Shown here: positions 12,190-25,040 of the stretch, piece after piece | Layout: every line of letters begins with the position of its first letter | Numbering within the stretch: position 1 is the first letter of the stretch | NCBI GenBank assembly: GCA_964016885.1 | Contig: OZ024753.1 | Coordinates: forward strand, 14,198,001 to 14,262,000 | From: Eledone cirrhosa | Taxonomy: Eukaryota | Direction of reading: 5' to 3' | DNA length: 64,000 nt | Program-made: the position numbers and the translations under genes | Notes under the pieces: model-generated | Databases searched by the model: none | Seen by the model: only the letters and a program-made list of their open reading frames with translations | What the model was told of the DNA's origin: nothing

Positions 12190-13745
12190 TATAAACTTTG
12201 ATTATAAACAAAAAAATATGGGGAGATATCTCTAAGAATTAGTATTTTAAAGAATATGTTAAATGTATACTTATGATAAACATTTAATAATATATTGTTT
12301 CATCTAATGTTTACCATAATTATTAATTATAATTTATATTATAAATAAATAATTTATATAAGATTTCAGAGCACCATATAGTAAATATGGTTTTGATAAT
12401 AGTTTTTACATTGTATAAGAAATGTTCTATGTGTTAAATTTAAAAGTAATTGTATTTATATTGTAAATAGGCAACTTATATAGACCAAATATAGTAGGTT
12501 CTATAAATTATAATCAGTGTGTTATACAGCCTATCCCGAGTTTTTATGGTGCATTTGTATACTAAATTTCTATCTAGGCAATTATTCTGTAGTGGGCATA
12601 AGATGTAATTCCTGCAATTACATTTTCTTATATTGTTACTTGAAGATACCGTATTATTATTCATGTATTCGCTATTATTATTATTCCTAATGCTATTAAT
12701 TACATTGTTATTATTAGTTGGGTTTACTTCAGTTAGGTTTAATTTTAAATTCCTATTATTAATTCTTGCTATATTCTGGGCTACATTCATAGTTGTAGAG
12801 TAAGAGAGCTTGACTGTATGTCTGTTAAAAATGGAGTGATACTTGTGGGACTTAGGTAAACATTTATCTAGAGCTTTAAAGAATTGGTGTGCTAAAGGTG
12901 TCTTAATTCCTAATGATACTGGAGGTGAATACCAAATTATATTTCTAGTTCTGGCTTTTCTATTTGATTTATTATCTTGGTTAAGTTGTTTAAATTCATT
13001 AATATTATAATAAACTTAAGAGATTAGTTTGTACTATTCTTATCTATGTAATTAATTTTATTAGTGTATCCAGCTCTGTGTAGAGCGTCATTGTCATATT
13101 CTGCTTTGTTATCAAATATATTTTTATTAGCTGAGAGTCTAGATATTCTTTGCTGGACACTATTTACTATAGCTTTTTTAACGTTTCTTGGGTGGTTTGA
13201 GTAGAAGCTGACATAATTTAGGTTTCATTAATCTTATGGAATGGGTAATATAGGCTGGAGTTAAGGTTTAGTGTAACATCTAATAAATTAACAATTTTAT
13301 TATTGTTTTCTATTTCTAACTTAAGGTCATAATTATTGAAGAAGTCTATAATAATTTTCTTTTTTCTGTTCACTATTGTTATGTTTATCTAATATAAATA
13401 ATGCATCATCACGGTATAAACCTCCGGCAATTTCCTATGTAAGGCATTAAGAATGAAGGTGCCAACGAGATCTGTAACTTGAGCTGAGTTCAAAGAACCC
13501 ATCATAATATCAAAATTCTTCGGTCAATCAGCTCTAGTCCAGAGATCATTGTTAAATTCAATAAGGGTTTTCGGTGCAGTTAATATAATGTTTATTTCTT
13601 CCCTAGATAAGTCAGTATGTTTGGATGTGTATATTAGTGCTTTATTAAGTAAATTAGGAGTTATTGAAGAATAATAATTAGCTATATCCATTTGTATAAA
13701 TTTAGTATTATTTTTAGATTTAATGTTTACAAACCAATCTATTAC
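12190..13745 (-). mobile_element. Decayed Penelope-like element (Neptune-type), RT plus Cys linker plus GIY-YIG endonuclease
   Basis: RT motifs FIQMDIANYYSSI, MGSLNSAQVTDLVG, GLYRDDAL; CNCR..CPLQNNC..LVYKCTI..YI linker/GIY-YIG; many stops and frameshifts. Confidence 0.85.
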
Positions 13746-13778
13746 ACACATACATATATATATATGTATATATGTGTT

Positions 13779-13815
<37 letters not shown>

Positions 13816-14010
13816 GAGTGTGTGTATATATATTAATATAATATATATATTTGTGAGTGTGTGTATATATATTAATATAATATATATGTATATATATATA
13901 TATATATATATACACACAAACACATATATACATTACATATATATACATTACATATATATATTTGTGAGTGTGTGTATATATATTAATATAATATATATGT
14001 ATATATATAT

Positions 14011-14085
<75 letters not shown>

Positions 14086-14244
14086 GTATGTATATATATT
14101 TTGTTTGAACTTACAGAAGGAAGCAGTTTTGTTGATATTCTAAAATGGCATCACAACTTATAATGCATTCTTAAGTCACTCCATCTAGATAGATTCTTTA
14201 CTAAGCTCCAAATATTCCATACACATACACACATACACACCACA

Positions 14245-14310
<66 letters not shown>

Positions 14311-14502
14311 AATATATATCTATATATATATATATAACAAATAGTTTATCACTCTACATGGCTGAATACAATAAATCTAATGTGAGTTTTTCCTAATATT
14401 AATAATAATATTCGATTCGTTTGCAATTATGCAAACAGCCACTTAAGCCATGTCAGTAGAATGACACCGTCATTCTTGCTCTTGTGTTGGCATATAAACA
14501 GA

Positions 14503-14549
14503 ACTGCAGACACTAATGTTTCTGGGTGATTACCCTTCATCAGTGCAGT
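14503..14549 (-). ncRNA. Type I hammerhead ribozyme, near-canonical
   Basis: - strand ACTGCA-CTGATGA-A-GGGT(AATC)ACCC-A-GAAACA(TTAG)TGTC^TGCAGT: 6-bp stem I, 4-bp stem II, 3-bp stem III, GUC site. Confidence 0.85.
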
Positions 14550-15651
14550 ATACTGCTCATCTGCCAACTGTCAGAGCTAGTGAAAATATATGATATTCTC
14601 TGAAATATACAGTGACTGATCAACCTGATTTGCATATTAGCAGACTGGCTGATATATATATATATGAAAACGTCTATTTTAATTGTTATAATATTATTTT
14701 TTTATTTGTTTTACATTCTTTACACTGCTAAATTAATTTTCTGAGATGAAAAATTGTCATTATTAAGAATCATGAACTAGGTGTGCCTGGCTCCCTTAGA
14801 CCTAGGTGGGCCAGCCCCCTTAAAATGTTAGGAGGAATCATAGGTCGAAAAACCTTCTTGAAGGGGAGTTCTTCTTCTGAAGATCCTCCTGGTGTCTGCT
14901 TAACCTGTCATCATCTTCCACCTACTGAACTGATTTATTCAGACTGGAGTCCTCATCTTCGTTATTATAGTAATGTTGTTTTAGTCCTTCTACCTTTTGT
15001 CTTATTTCAGGTCTCTGTTCTTGGAATTTCAAATTGGATCCTTTATTCAACTCATGGGATCATAACATAATCTATATGGGGGTTCTTCTCATATTTTTTC
15101 ACTCCAAACCCTGAGGATCTGATGCTTATCCTGGTTTCATTAGTGTTAAGTGACTGGGGGCACAAAACTTTCCCCCCTCCCTGGACAGGACACCAATCCA
15201 TTGCAGGCTTAATCTCCAGCTACTGCTGGTACTCATTTTTTAGCTGAGTGTACTGGAGCAATGGGAAATGAAGTGTTTTACTTAAAAACACAACATACAC
15301 CACCTGGTCGAGGAATCAAACCCTCAACATTATGATCATTAGTCTAACACCCTAACTTCTAGAACATGAACCTTCACAGTATAGTTGTTGGTTAAGCATT
15401 AAGTTTTCCAGTTTACATATTGGCCATGCACTCAATCTCTTTGTTTGTATACCTATATATGTATGGTCCCATAACTCAGGTGGGCATTTATAGGAGCGCT
15501 GTATTGACATACAGCATTTCTAGGATATTTTTTAAACCTCTCCTCTCCAGTTTAAATTAAACAACCAAGTGACATCACAAGTAACAAACTAATTAACGTG
15601 AGGATGTTTTAGTTAAAAATTCTAAGAACATTATTGAACATGACAGATACT

Positions 15652-16226
15652 TCATGAAATCCAAAGGATACAACAGCTGAAATATTGTGACCATAACAAC
15701 TGAGATGAGGACACTAGTCTGGATATATCAGTGTATAATAACAATAATACATCTGAAGATGGCCAGAGGGTACAACGACTAAAACATTGTGACCATGACA
15801 ACTGAGATGAGGGCACTAGTCTGGATATATCAGTGTATAATAACAATAATATATTTGAAGATGGCCAGAGGGTACAACGACTAAAACATTGTGACCATGA
15901 CAACTGAGATGAGGGCACTAGTCTGGATATATCAGTGTATAATAACAATAATACATCTGAAGATGGCCAGAGGGTACAACGACTAAAACATTGTGACCAT
16001 GACAACTGAGATGAGGGCACTAGTCTGGATATATCAGTGTATAATAACAATAATATATCTGAAGATGGCCAGAGGGTACAACGACTAAAACATTGTGACC
16101 ATAACAACTGAGATGAGGACACTAGTTTGAATATATCAGTGTATAATAATGATAATACCTCTGAAGATGGCCAGAGGGAACAATGACTGAAATGTTGTAA
16201 CCATAACAACCAAGATGAGGACACTA
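15652..16226. repeat. 102-bp tandem array (about 5.6 copies) with a hammerhead-core-like motif
   Basis: GAAGATGGCC at 15755, 15857, 15959, 16061, 16163. Confidence 0.92.
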
Positions 16227-17199
16227 ATCAATGAAGTAAACAATGCTAAATTAATATTTCTCCCTAAGATGTGAATACTGTTGAAATATTTCAATATTTT
16301 AATAAATTGTTTTTAGTATTGGTTATCCCTTAACCCTTTACCATTTACTTTACTCAATATTTACTATTATATTTCCATGATAAAGGCTTTATCTCATATA
16401 ATATCAAATCTATGAGATTTTGATATTATTTTTGAGAACAATACTCTAACATCAGTATGAGTGACCGGTTACAACCGATTTGAACAGAAAGAGGTAAGAT
16501 AATTCTGGCCAGATTCAGCCATTTTAAATACTAAAGGGTTAAACATAATATTGTTCCCCCTCTCCCATTTTTTTTTCTATCCCACATCATTAATTGAATG
16601 TTTAATTAAAACGCATTTTCGATTCGATTTTTTTTTTTATAAATAAAACATTTGTTTCTTTTTAAAAGTTCATACATTGATAATTAGATTTAATCACAGA
16701 AATAATTGTAAGAGCCGAGAAGTTTTGTGTTTATCTATAGTCTATAGTAAAGTAGATTAGACGATAAAATGAACATTAATTTGAAAGGGTCAGCATAGTT
16801 TTCAGTCAGACCCCTTTATTGAATAATCTCATAATTATGGACAATGTTGGATTGGCAGTATTGATTGAACATCTGCCAACATGCTTTATGGCATAGAGTC
16901 ACGTCCCTTTATCTTATGAATTCAAATCCCACCGAGGTTAGCTTTGCCTTTCATCCTTACAGGATCAACAAAATAAAGTACCAGTTATGCACTGAGGTCG
17001 ATTTAATCAACTCCCCACTCCCCAAATTACTGCCCTTGTGCCTAAAGTAGAAACAATTATTACTACTACTTACTCACCATGCTTGGCTAAATTGCAGATT
17101 GGGGAGACTACTTAACCTAAAGCTGGGGTGGATGGCTGTTGACGCTGAGGAGTTCATCCACCCTTTTAACAGCTGTTATTTGTGCTGTTGTAATAACAT

Positions 17200-17500
17200 T
17201 TATGTGGATACCTAAATATGGAATGTTACACGATGAGGTCCCCCCACAGCCCCAGCGGACAGGATAGAGAAGGCCTTCCCATGGAGGATGGCAAGGGAGA
17301 TGCTCCAACTCGTGGGGTTCACACCTGCAGCTGGCCAGCTCAGCGCCTATGGTGGTGAGTAGGGAAGTAGCCCTGGGGCCGAGGACACCAGAAGTCTCCA
17401 CTGCCAGGGGTACAACCGCAAACCTGTTGGAGAGCGACCGGTATTTGAGGAGCTTGGCCTCCTCTACCCGACGTGCAGCAGAATCTGGGTTAGTTGCAGA
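17200..17500 (-). mobile_element. Non-autonomous derivative of a CRE-like LINE 3' end; copies near 34090-34360 and 50335-50620
   Basis: VETSGVLGPRATSLL remnant matches the ETxG region of the REL fragment at 37135-37500. Confidence 0.6.
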
Positions 17501-18098
17501 GGTATTCTACCTACTCTCCTCACTGGACTAGTGTCTGGTGGGGGAGCTGATTTAGTTGCTGATCACCACCAGCCACTTGACCATGAAGTAGGTTGTACTG
17601 GGTTACATGGTACCAGTAATATAGTGGATTACATGGTACCAGTAGTAGCTGTCATTTTAAAATTACAGCCAGTTTGAACAGAAAGAGGTGAGAAAATTCT
17701 GGCCGGTTTAAATGCTAAAGGGTTAAAGTAACAAAACACAAAATAGGAACAAAACTATCAAACAAAACAAAATCAAGCCAAGTTGACCAAGAATTTTATT
17801 TTGAAATTTTATTGAGGCGTCTTTGTTTAATGTTCTTCTTTAATAGAATCTCTTCTTTGGAGAATGTTTTACCAAGATATTACAGTCTATGAAGCGTCTG
17901 ACTATGACAGGTGTGTGTGAAAATAACTAAACAAAACAAAATCAAAGATCAAAGAAAAAAAAATACTCAAGGAAATCTCAAAACATTTTCAAAGAATGAT
18001 TTCAAAGGAATTGGTAAAAATGGCCGAAAAAACAAAAGCATTGAGTATTTTCTTATATATGTGTTCAATGTTTATGATGTGTGTTTGTATGCATGTAT

Positions 18099-18166
<68 letters not shown>

Positions 18167-18170
<4 letters not shown>

Positions 18171-18365
18171 AACGAGTAGGACCCCGACGGCTGAGCTCAA
18201 GCCGTTTCGACGGCTAATTCTGGACAGTCCAGAATTAGCCGTCGAAACGGCTTGAGCTCAGCCGTCGGGGTCCTACTCGTTCCTATCACCCACTCTACTA
18301 CCCTAAGTATTGAGTACTTTGGTGCGTTATGGTCCACCTGGTTCCTTACCACATTTCCTTCCTTA
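18167..18365. mobile_element. Fold-back (palindromic) non-autonomous element in (TA)n; copies at 24555-24740 and 28818-29008
   Basis: Perfect ~118-bp palindrome centred on CTGGACAGTCCAG plus a one-sided tail; contains the GAAACGGCT...AGCCGTC half-hammerhead. Confidence 0.85.
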
Positions 18366-19144
18366 TATATATATATATATATACCCGCAGAACAGCACAG
18401 GAATTCTGGCTTTCACTTAAAAATTTTTGCAAAACAGATTCATGTCTGTCCGGGTATCATAGGCTATTTGCCCAATATAGGTTTGTTATTTTTATTGATT
18501 TATTATGTTAAACCGAGTCAGGCAAACCATATTGTTTTAAATTAGTATTTTTTCAACCTAGCTAACTTGGTCATTTGCAATTGGAACACATGTATAGTTA
18601 TATCTGTGTTCAACCCTCTCATATATCCAATTATATATATATAAAACACAAATTTAAATAATTTTGAAAACCATACAATGCAATAGAAAGAAAATCAAGA
18701 TTGCTAAGACAACAAAAGAATCTTGCATTGGCAAATTTGATAATCCCAAATATTTTCAGGTTTAAAAACCCATTATCAAGGAAGTATCCCTATGAGCGAC
18801 TTACAAGATCGATTGGAGTTGATTTGTTTGTTTGGAGAGCAGATTTAAGTTAAATTTGCTAAAGCAAGATTCTTTTGTTATCTTAGCAATCTTGATTTTC
18901 TTTCTAGTGCATTGTATTGTTTTCAAAATTATTAAAATTTGTGTTTCCTATTCAACAGTGCTTCAAGCAAACTACACCACTCTGATATATATATATATAA
19001 TATATATATAATCAAAAGGGATATTTAATTTGTTGGTAATTCAACAAATATATTTATAACAGATTCAAAGCACTTGACAAGTTTTCTGGAGTGTAATATC
19101 AATGATATTAATAAATGGAAACTATATTTATAAAACCATATTTA

Positions 19145-19200
19145 TTCTATTATATATATTTCAAGGGTACCTAACTTTGGTACGCTCTCATCAGATAAAA
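19145..19200 (-). ncRNA. Type I hammerhead ribozyme
   Basis: - strand TTTTAT-CTGATGA-GAGCGTACC(AAAGTTA)GGTACCCTT-GAAA-TATATA-TA-ATAGAA. Confidence 0.72.
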
Positions 19201-19298
19201 TACAAAGTTTGTTTTATAAATATTGACTATCTGGGTGAAACTTGAACCGTTAAGGTCTCATTCCTGGATATGTCAATATTTGTAAAATAAACTTTGTA

Positions 19299-19355
19299 TT
19301 TTATCTGATGAGAGCATACCGAGGTTTTGGTACCCTTGAAATATATATAAAAGAA
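19299..19355 (+). ncRNA. Type I hammerhead ribozyme (mirror copy)
   Basis: TTTTAT-CTGATGA-GAGCATACC...GGTACCCTT-GAAA-TATATA-TA; one stem I mismatch. Confidence 0.65.
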
Positions 19356-19431
19356 TAAATATGGTTTTATAAATAGAGTCTCCATTTATTAATATCATTG
19401 ATATATATATATATAATATATATATATATAT

Positions 19432-19760
19432 CATCATCATTTTTTACGTCCGCTTTTCCCTGCTTGCAAGGGTGGGACGGGAACTGATTCTGGCTTGATT
19501 TGTACAGCTGGATGACCTTCCTAACACCAACCTCATTTACAGTGAGTGCTGGGTGCTTTTTTGCCGTGGCTCTTCCACGACCACTTTACAGTGGAATGAT
19601 AGGGACCCCAGTCCCTATCATATCATTTCTACAGCTGAGTAAACTGGAGCAATGGGAAATAAAGTGTCTTGCTCAAGGAAACAACACATCACCTGGTCTG
19701 AGAATTGAACTCACAACCTTTCGATTGCAAGGCCAATGCTCTAACCACTAAGCCATGTGT
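19432..19760 (-). mobile_element. tRNA-derived SINE family A with an RTE-type 3' tail and (GAT)n end; copies near 6720, 37865, 53890, 56057, 58400, 60930, 63322
   Basis: Head CACATGGCTTAGTGGTTAGAGC..GAGTTCAATTCT (A/B boxes), core TTCCTTGAGCAAGACACTTTATTTC, tail GGTTGGTGTTAGGAAGG..CAGCTGTA. Confidence 0.88.
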
Positions 19761-19772
19761 CTCTCTCTCTCC

Positions 19773-19824
<52 letters not shown>

Positions 19825-19879
19825 ATATATATATATATTAAAATATAAGTATTAATAAAATAGATGTTCTTTTGATCAA

Positions 19880-19940
19880 TTACATTTTATTATACATGTT
19901 TCGGATGTACAACAGTACGTCCTCATCAGACAAAATATAA
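19880..19940 (-). ncRNA. Type I hammerhead ribozyme inside the fold-back element 19837-20150
   Basis: - strand TTATATTTTGT-CTGATGA-GGACGTAC(TGTT)GTACATCC-GAAACATGTATA-ATAAAATGTAA. Confidence 0.75.
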
Positions 19941-20170
19941 TGATACATGACATACCCTGAGATGTTAACATCTCAGGCTATGTCATGTATCATGTATAAT
20001 AAAATGTAATTGATCAAAAGAACATCTATTTTATTAATACTTATATTTTAATATTAATAACTCTAGAAAATTATTTTCCGTTGAGTGCTTCCAATCTACT
20101 GTAAAACTCTCTCTTTGACATAATCATTGAATATTGTTTAACAATTTAATATATATATATATATATATAT

Positions 20171-20516
20171 ATTATTAGAAATGTTAGCTATCGCCGTATT
20201 TTGGCTAAAGAAATTAAAGAAATTATTTAGCCTGATAGTGGGGTTAAGAATTCTCGGAGAAATGGAAAAAGATGAGTATTGACGTACAAGGGAGTCGAAC
20301 CCAGATCTTTGGTTATCCGGACCACTGTGCTACCATTTACACCAACGTAAATGGTAGCACAGTGATCCGGATAACTAAAGATGTGGGTTCAACTCCCATG
20401 TACGTCAATACTCATCTTTTTCCATTTCTCCGAGGGTTCTTAACCCCACTATCAGGCTAAATAATTTCTTTAATTTCTTTAGCCAAAATACGCCGATAGC
20501 TAACATTTCTAATAAT
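20171..20516. repeat. Near-perfect ~170-bp-arm palindrome with a tRNA-like head at its centre
   Basis: Arms are reverse complements; A box TGGTGTAAATGG and B box GGTTCGACTCC on the - strand, GGTTCAACTCC on the + strand. Confidence 0.88.
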
Positions 20517-20546
20517 TTCAAATCAACTCGCTGTTTCAAAAATATT

Positions 20547-20617
<71 letters not shown>

Positions 20618-21169
20618 AGAAATAATTTCATTAATGTTGGTACAGAATCACTTCAAGAATAATATATATATATATATATATCATCATCATCATCATCATT
20701 CTACGTCTGCTTTTCCCTGCTTGCAGAAACAGACCCCATAAATTTTTTTTTTCTCCTCCCTTTTCTCTCGCCCCCTTTTTTAATGTCTTTCCACCACTTC
20801 CCCACACACCCTCGGAACTCTCTTAACTGTACACATGTCACACACACACATATACATGTACACACACACATATACATGGAGACACACACATATACATGCA
20901 GACCCCCACACACATATACGGTCAGAAATACTGATGACGTGTAGAATTCTTGACCACTCATCGACCGACAAGACCAGGATAGAAGTTGGTGAGCAAAGGC
21001 TGACGGGATAAACAGGTCATTTGGAAACTCTGCTTCGAAGGATTGAGACGTGTCTGAAGAACTTGCGATTTCAGAGTCAGGTTCGATCGTACCTCGAGCT
21101 GGTTGCCAGAGAAACGATTGTAATATGTCTAATAAATTCTAATTCGTCGCACCACTGATTCTCCGTTTC

Positions 21170-21855
21170 TTATGTGATGAACTAAGTGAGAAATTAGGAA
21201 TAAGAGGGGTCAGATGCTGTTTACTCGAGAGAAGACTACGTTGGTATGGTCACGTGATGCGCATGAAAGACGACAGCTGTATAAAAAAGTGCAGGGCGAT
21301 CAAAATAGATGGAAGCTACGGAGTAGGCAGACCCAGAAAACCTGGGACGATTTGATAAATTCCGACCTTACACACGCCTCTCCAAGACAATGTCACTGGA
21401 TCGAGATCTTTGGCGCTACGCAGTAATACAGAAGACCCGCCTTGCCTAAGTACAAAGCGAAACCTACAATCAGTAGGCACCTCTTAACCAAAATACACCC
21501 CCATCCCACTACCCCTACCCCCATCTACACCACCCCTTTGTAAAGTTATGTAAAGTTATGTTGGTACCACAACATCCAGTCCTAAATAAATGAGGTTTGT
21601 AGGTGTCATGACAAAAAAACACACAGTCCACGCTGTAATGTGGCCGTGTAGGTAACACAGTAAAAACCTCCCAGTCCACACTGTAAATGTGGTTGGTGTT
21701 AGGAAGGGCATCCAGCCGTAGAAAACCTGCCAGACAGTCCTATGTGAGCAAGACAACCAATCTTGCCTCAAGTGGGAAAATTCCTGTCTAAACCCATGCT
21801 AGCGTGGAAGATAGACGTTAAACGATGATGATGAATGATGATGATGATGATGATA
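21170..21855 (+). mobile_element. RTE LINE 3' end with (GAT)n tail
   Basis: RLRWYGHVMR...GRPRKTW region plus the same 3' UTR as the copy at 39817. Confidence 0.85.
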
Positions 21856-21867
21856 TATTTATATATA

Positions 21868-21928
<61 letters not shown>

Positions 21929-21954
21929 CACCTATATATATCATATATATATAT

Positions 21955-23785
21955 CACAAATAAACAGCATCTGATCCTTCTTATTCCTAATTTCTCACTT
22001 AGTTCATTTATGTTTTGCCGTTCGCGTATATTACTATTACACATCAAACGGAGCATGCATGCTTCGTTCCTTTCCAGTCTGCGCAGGTCCCCTGCACACA
22101 ATGCCCATGTCTGACTGCCATGTAACATTGCTGCTCATATATAGGCATAATACAATCTGCCTTTCATTTTTAGATAGAAACCTTTTGTGGCCAACAGCGA
22201 TATAAGCTCTCTGAACTTTTTCCATCCCGTTCTGACTCTGGCTACTGTACTTTCAGAGCACCCTCCACCACTACTGATTTTGTCACCCAGGTAACGTATG
22301 TACCCATAGTTTGCATTTGGGACATAAAATGGAATTTCTACCTACTCCTTTCCTACACACTGAGCAGGGCCATTTACCAGAGGGCACCTATTTTCCTTTC
22401 TACATACTAGAACTTTAGTCTGAGACAAGTTAACTTTAAGGCCTTTTGATTCTAGGCCATTCTTCCATGTTTGGAATTTCTTCTGTAGTTCAGCCATAGA
22501 TTCAGCTATGAGAGTTAGATCATCTGTGTATAGAAGTTCCTATGGGCAGCCGGTCTTAAACTCCCCTGTTATAGCCTGAAGGGCAATAATAAATAGGAGG
22601 AGGCTAAGGACAGAGCCTTGATGAACACCAACGTTTACACTAAATTCTTCACTATATTCATTGTTAATTCTAACCTTACTGACTGTTTCATTATACATAG
22701 CTTGAATAGCTCTCACAAGCCATTCATCTACACCTAGTTTTCTAAGGGCCCACCAGATAATGGAGTGGGGGACTTTGTCAAAGGCTTTCTCCCGGTCTAC
22801 AAAAGCTAAGTAGTGGGGTTTACTTTTACTAGGTACTTTTGTAGTTCTCGTACAAACCCAAACTGCATTTCATCTAGATCAATTCGATCTCTGATTAGTT
22901 GTGCTATAACTCTTTCTGTGACCTTCATGACCTGGTCATCTAAGTTAATGCCTCTATAGTTTCCCCTATCTAGAGCATCCCCTTTATCCTTGTAGCAGTT
23001 AATGATGGTGCTGCTACGGAGGTCATTTGGTATGACCCCATTCTTTATTACTTGGTTTACTATCTGGGTGACCACCATTCCAGATGCTTTCAACATCTCA
23101 GCAACTATCTCTGAAGGCCCAGCTGCCTTGCCTGTCTTCATATCTTTGATTGCCTTACTTATTATACTACCTTTAACTTGCACCGCTGGTCCTTCTATTT
23201 AGTAGTCTCTCGTAGTGACACTTCCAAGCTACCTTCTTAGTATGGGTGAGAGCAAGTACACCATCATCATTACGGACACACTTCTCCCCGACAATATCAC
23301 GGTTTTCCTTGACACATTGTCTTGCAATCCTGAACACTTCATGTTTTTGGTCCTCACATTGTAGAACACGCTTGAACTTTCTATCCTCTGCTTCCCTTCT
23401 TGCAAAGTACACTTGTCTCCTAGCTTCTCTCCTGGCCACTTGATAGTGTTCTCTACTTTCCCCATCTCGCCATACTTTCCAAGCCTGCTTTTTGGCATTG
23501 ATTGTCTCCTCCACCTTACTGTTCCACCACCAAGTTACTCTCCTCCTGCCTATAGGTCTGCTCCAGCCACAGATTTCATGTCACCTTCAGTAGGTTAACT
23601 TTCAAGAATACCCACTGTTCCTCTATATTGTACGTCTCTAATTATTCTTCCTTACTGTCAAAAGCATCAAATTTGTTACTGGCTGTGGGGTCCTTCAACT
23701 TCCATATTCTTCTTCTCAGGGTAGTCCTCCTCTGTCGTTGAGTACCTCTATTCCTGACTATGAGGTCACTAACTACTGGGCTAGT
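21955..23785 (-). mobile_element. Decayed RTE LINE internal fragment
   Basis: ORF fragments 21928, 22806 and 23173 are homologous to the 884-aa ORF. Confidence 0.9.
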
Positions 23786-24825
23786 TCCAAACAATTTAAT
23801 TTAATTTAATAATATTATGATTTTACAATTTGGTTCTCCAGGAAAGTTAATCTCCCAACCGAAGTTAACAAAGTACTTACTAGATCTACCAAACCAAATT
23901 ATAAAATCATAATATTATAAAATTAAATTAAGTTGTTTAAACTACAAGTGAAGTCATTCTTTTCCTTCTTTTTAAATATACCTAACTGTACCAAAATTTC
24001 AAACATTTTCCAATATATATATATACATATATATATATATTTATATATATATATATATATATATTCATTAGTTAAGCAAAACAAGACCACAAATTTCACA
24101 AGGAAGACATTATTAAGAGATTGTCAACATAGTTTTAGTTTAATGTAAGGAATGTAGAGAATAATAATAATAATAATTGTTTCTACTTTAGGCACAAGGC
24201 CAGCAATTACCCAGTGCATTACTGGTACTTTATTTTATCGACCCCGTAAGGATGAAAGGCAAAGTCAACCTCGGCGGGATTTGAACTCAGATCGTAAAGG
24301 GACGTAACTATGCTGGAAAGCATGGTGTCTGACCCTCTACCGATACTGCCAATCCACCGCCCAATGTCTGTTTACAATTGTTTCGCTACTCCATATAATG
24401 TTTCTAGCTGCCTTCTACTGCATATTGCACATTGAGCACATGCCTTTACGCTTTGGCTTCTCACTAATTCACCAATCTCTCTTCTCCTCTCCTATCTCCA
24501 TCTCTCTCTTTACGATTGATTACTCTTGAACTCTGTATATATATATATATATATAACGAAGGAAATGTGGTAAGGAACCAGATAGACCATAACGCACCAA
24601 AGTACTCAATACTTAGGGTAATAGGAACAAGTATGACCCCGACGGCAGAGCTCAAGCCGTTTCAACGGCTAATTCTTGACGTCCAGAATTAGCCGTCGAA
24701 ACGGCTTGAGCTCTGCCGTCGGGGTCATACTTGTTCCTATATATATATATATATATATATACCGTATATAAATATATATATATATATAGTACAAATTTGG
24801 ATGGGAACAAAACAGAGAGGCAGAC

Positions 24826-24867
<42 letters not shown>

Positions 24868-25040
24868 ATGTGTCGTAGTTTGCTTGAAGCATTGTTGAAT
24901 TGGAAATATAGCTACGGTAAAATTCTATCGTTATCTTGGCACCTTTAATTTTCTAGTGCATTGTATGGCTTTTAAAATTATTTAAATTTATATCTCCTAT
25001 TCAACAATGCTTCAGGCAAACTACAACACTCTGGTATAGA

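Larger units (their letters stand above)
19010..19402. mobile_element. Fold-back element with a hammerhead in each arm; family copies near 9970 and 29028-29300
   Basis: Arms of about 135 bp (19097-19232 vs 19266-19402). Confidence 0.85.

Noticed and set aside
15652-16226. CRISPR-like regular spacing
   Set aside because: Whole units are repeated with no unique spacers, no cas genes, and the context is eukaryotic
19700-19760. tRNA genes at SINE heads
   Set aside because: A/B boxes are present but fused to SINE bodies in many diverged copies; no complete cloverleaf seen
20055-20090. Bulged hairpin as a twister ribozyme (TAACTC...GAG)
   Set aside because: Lacks the twister P4 element and pseudoknot partners
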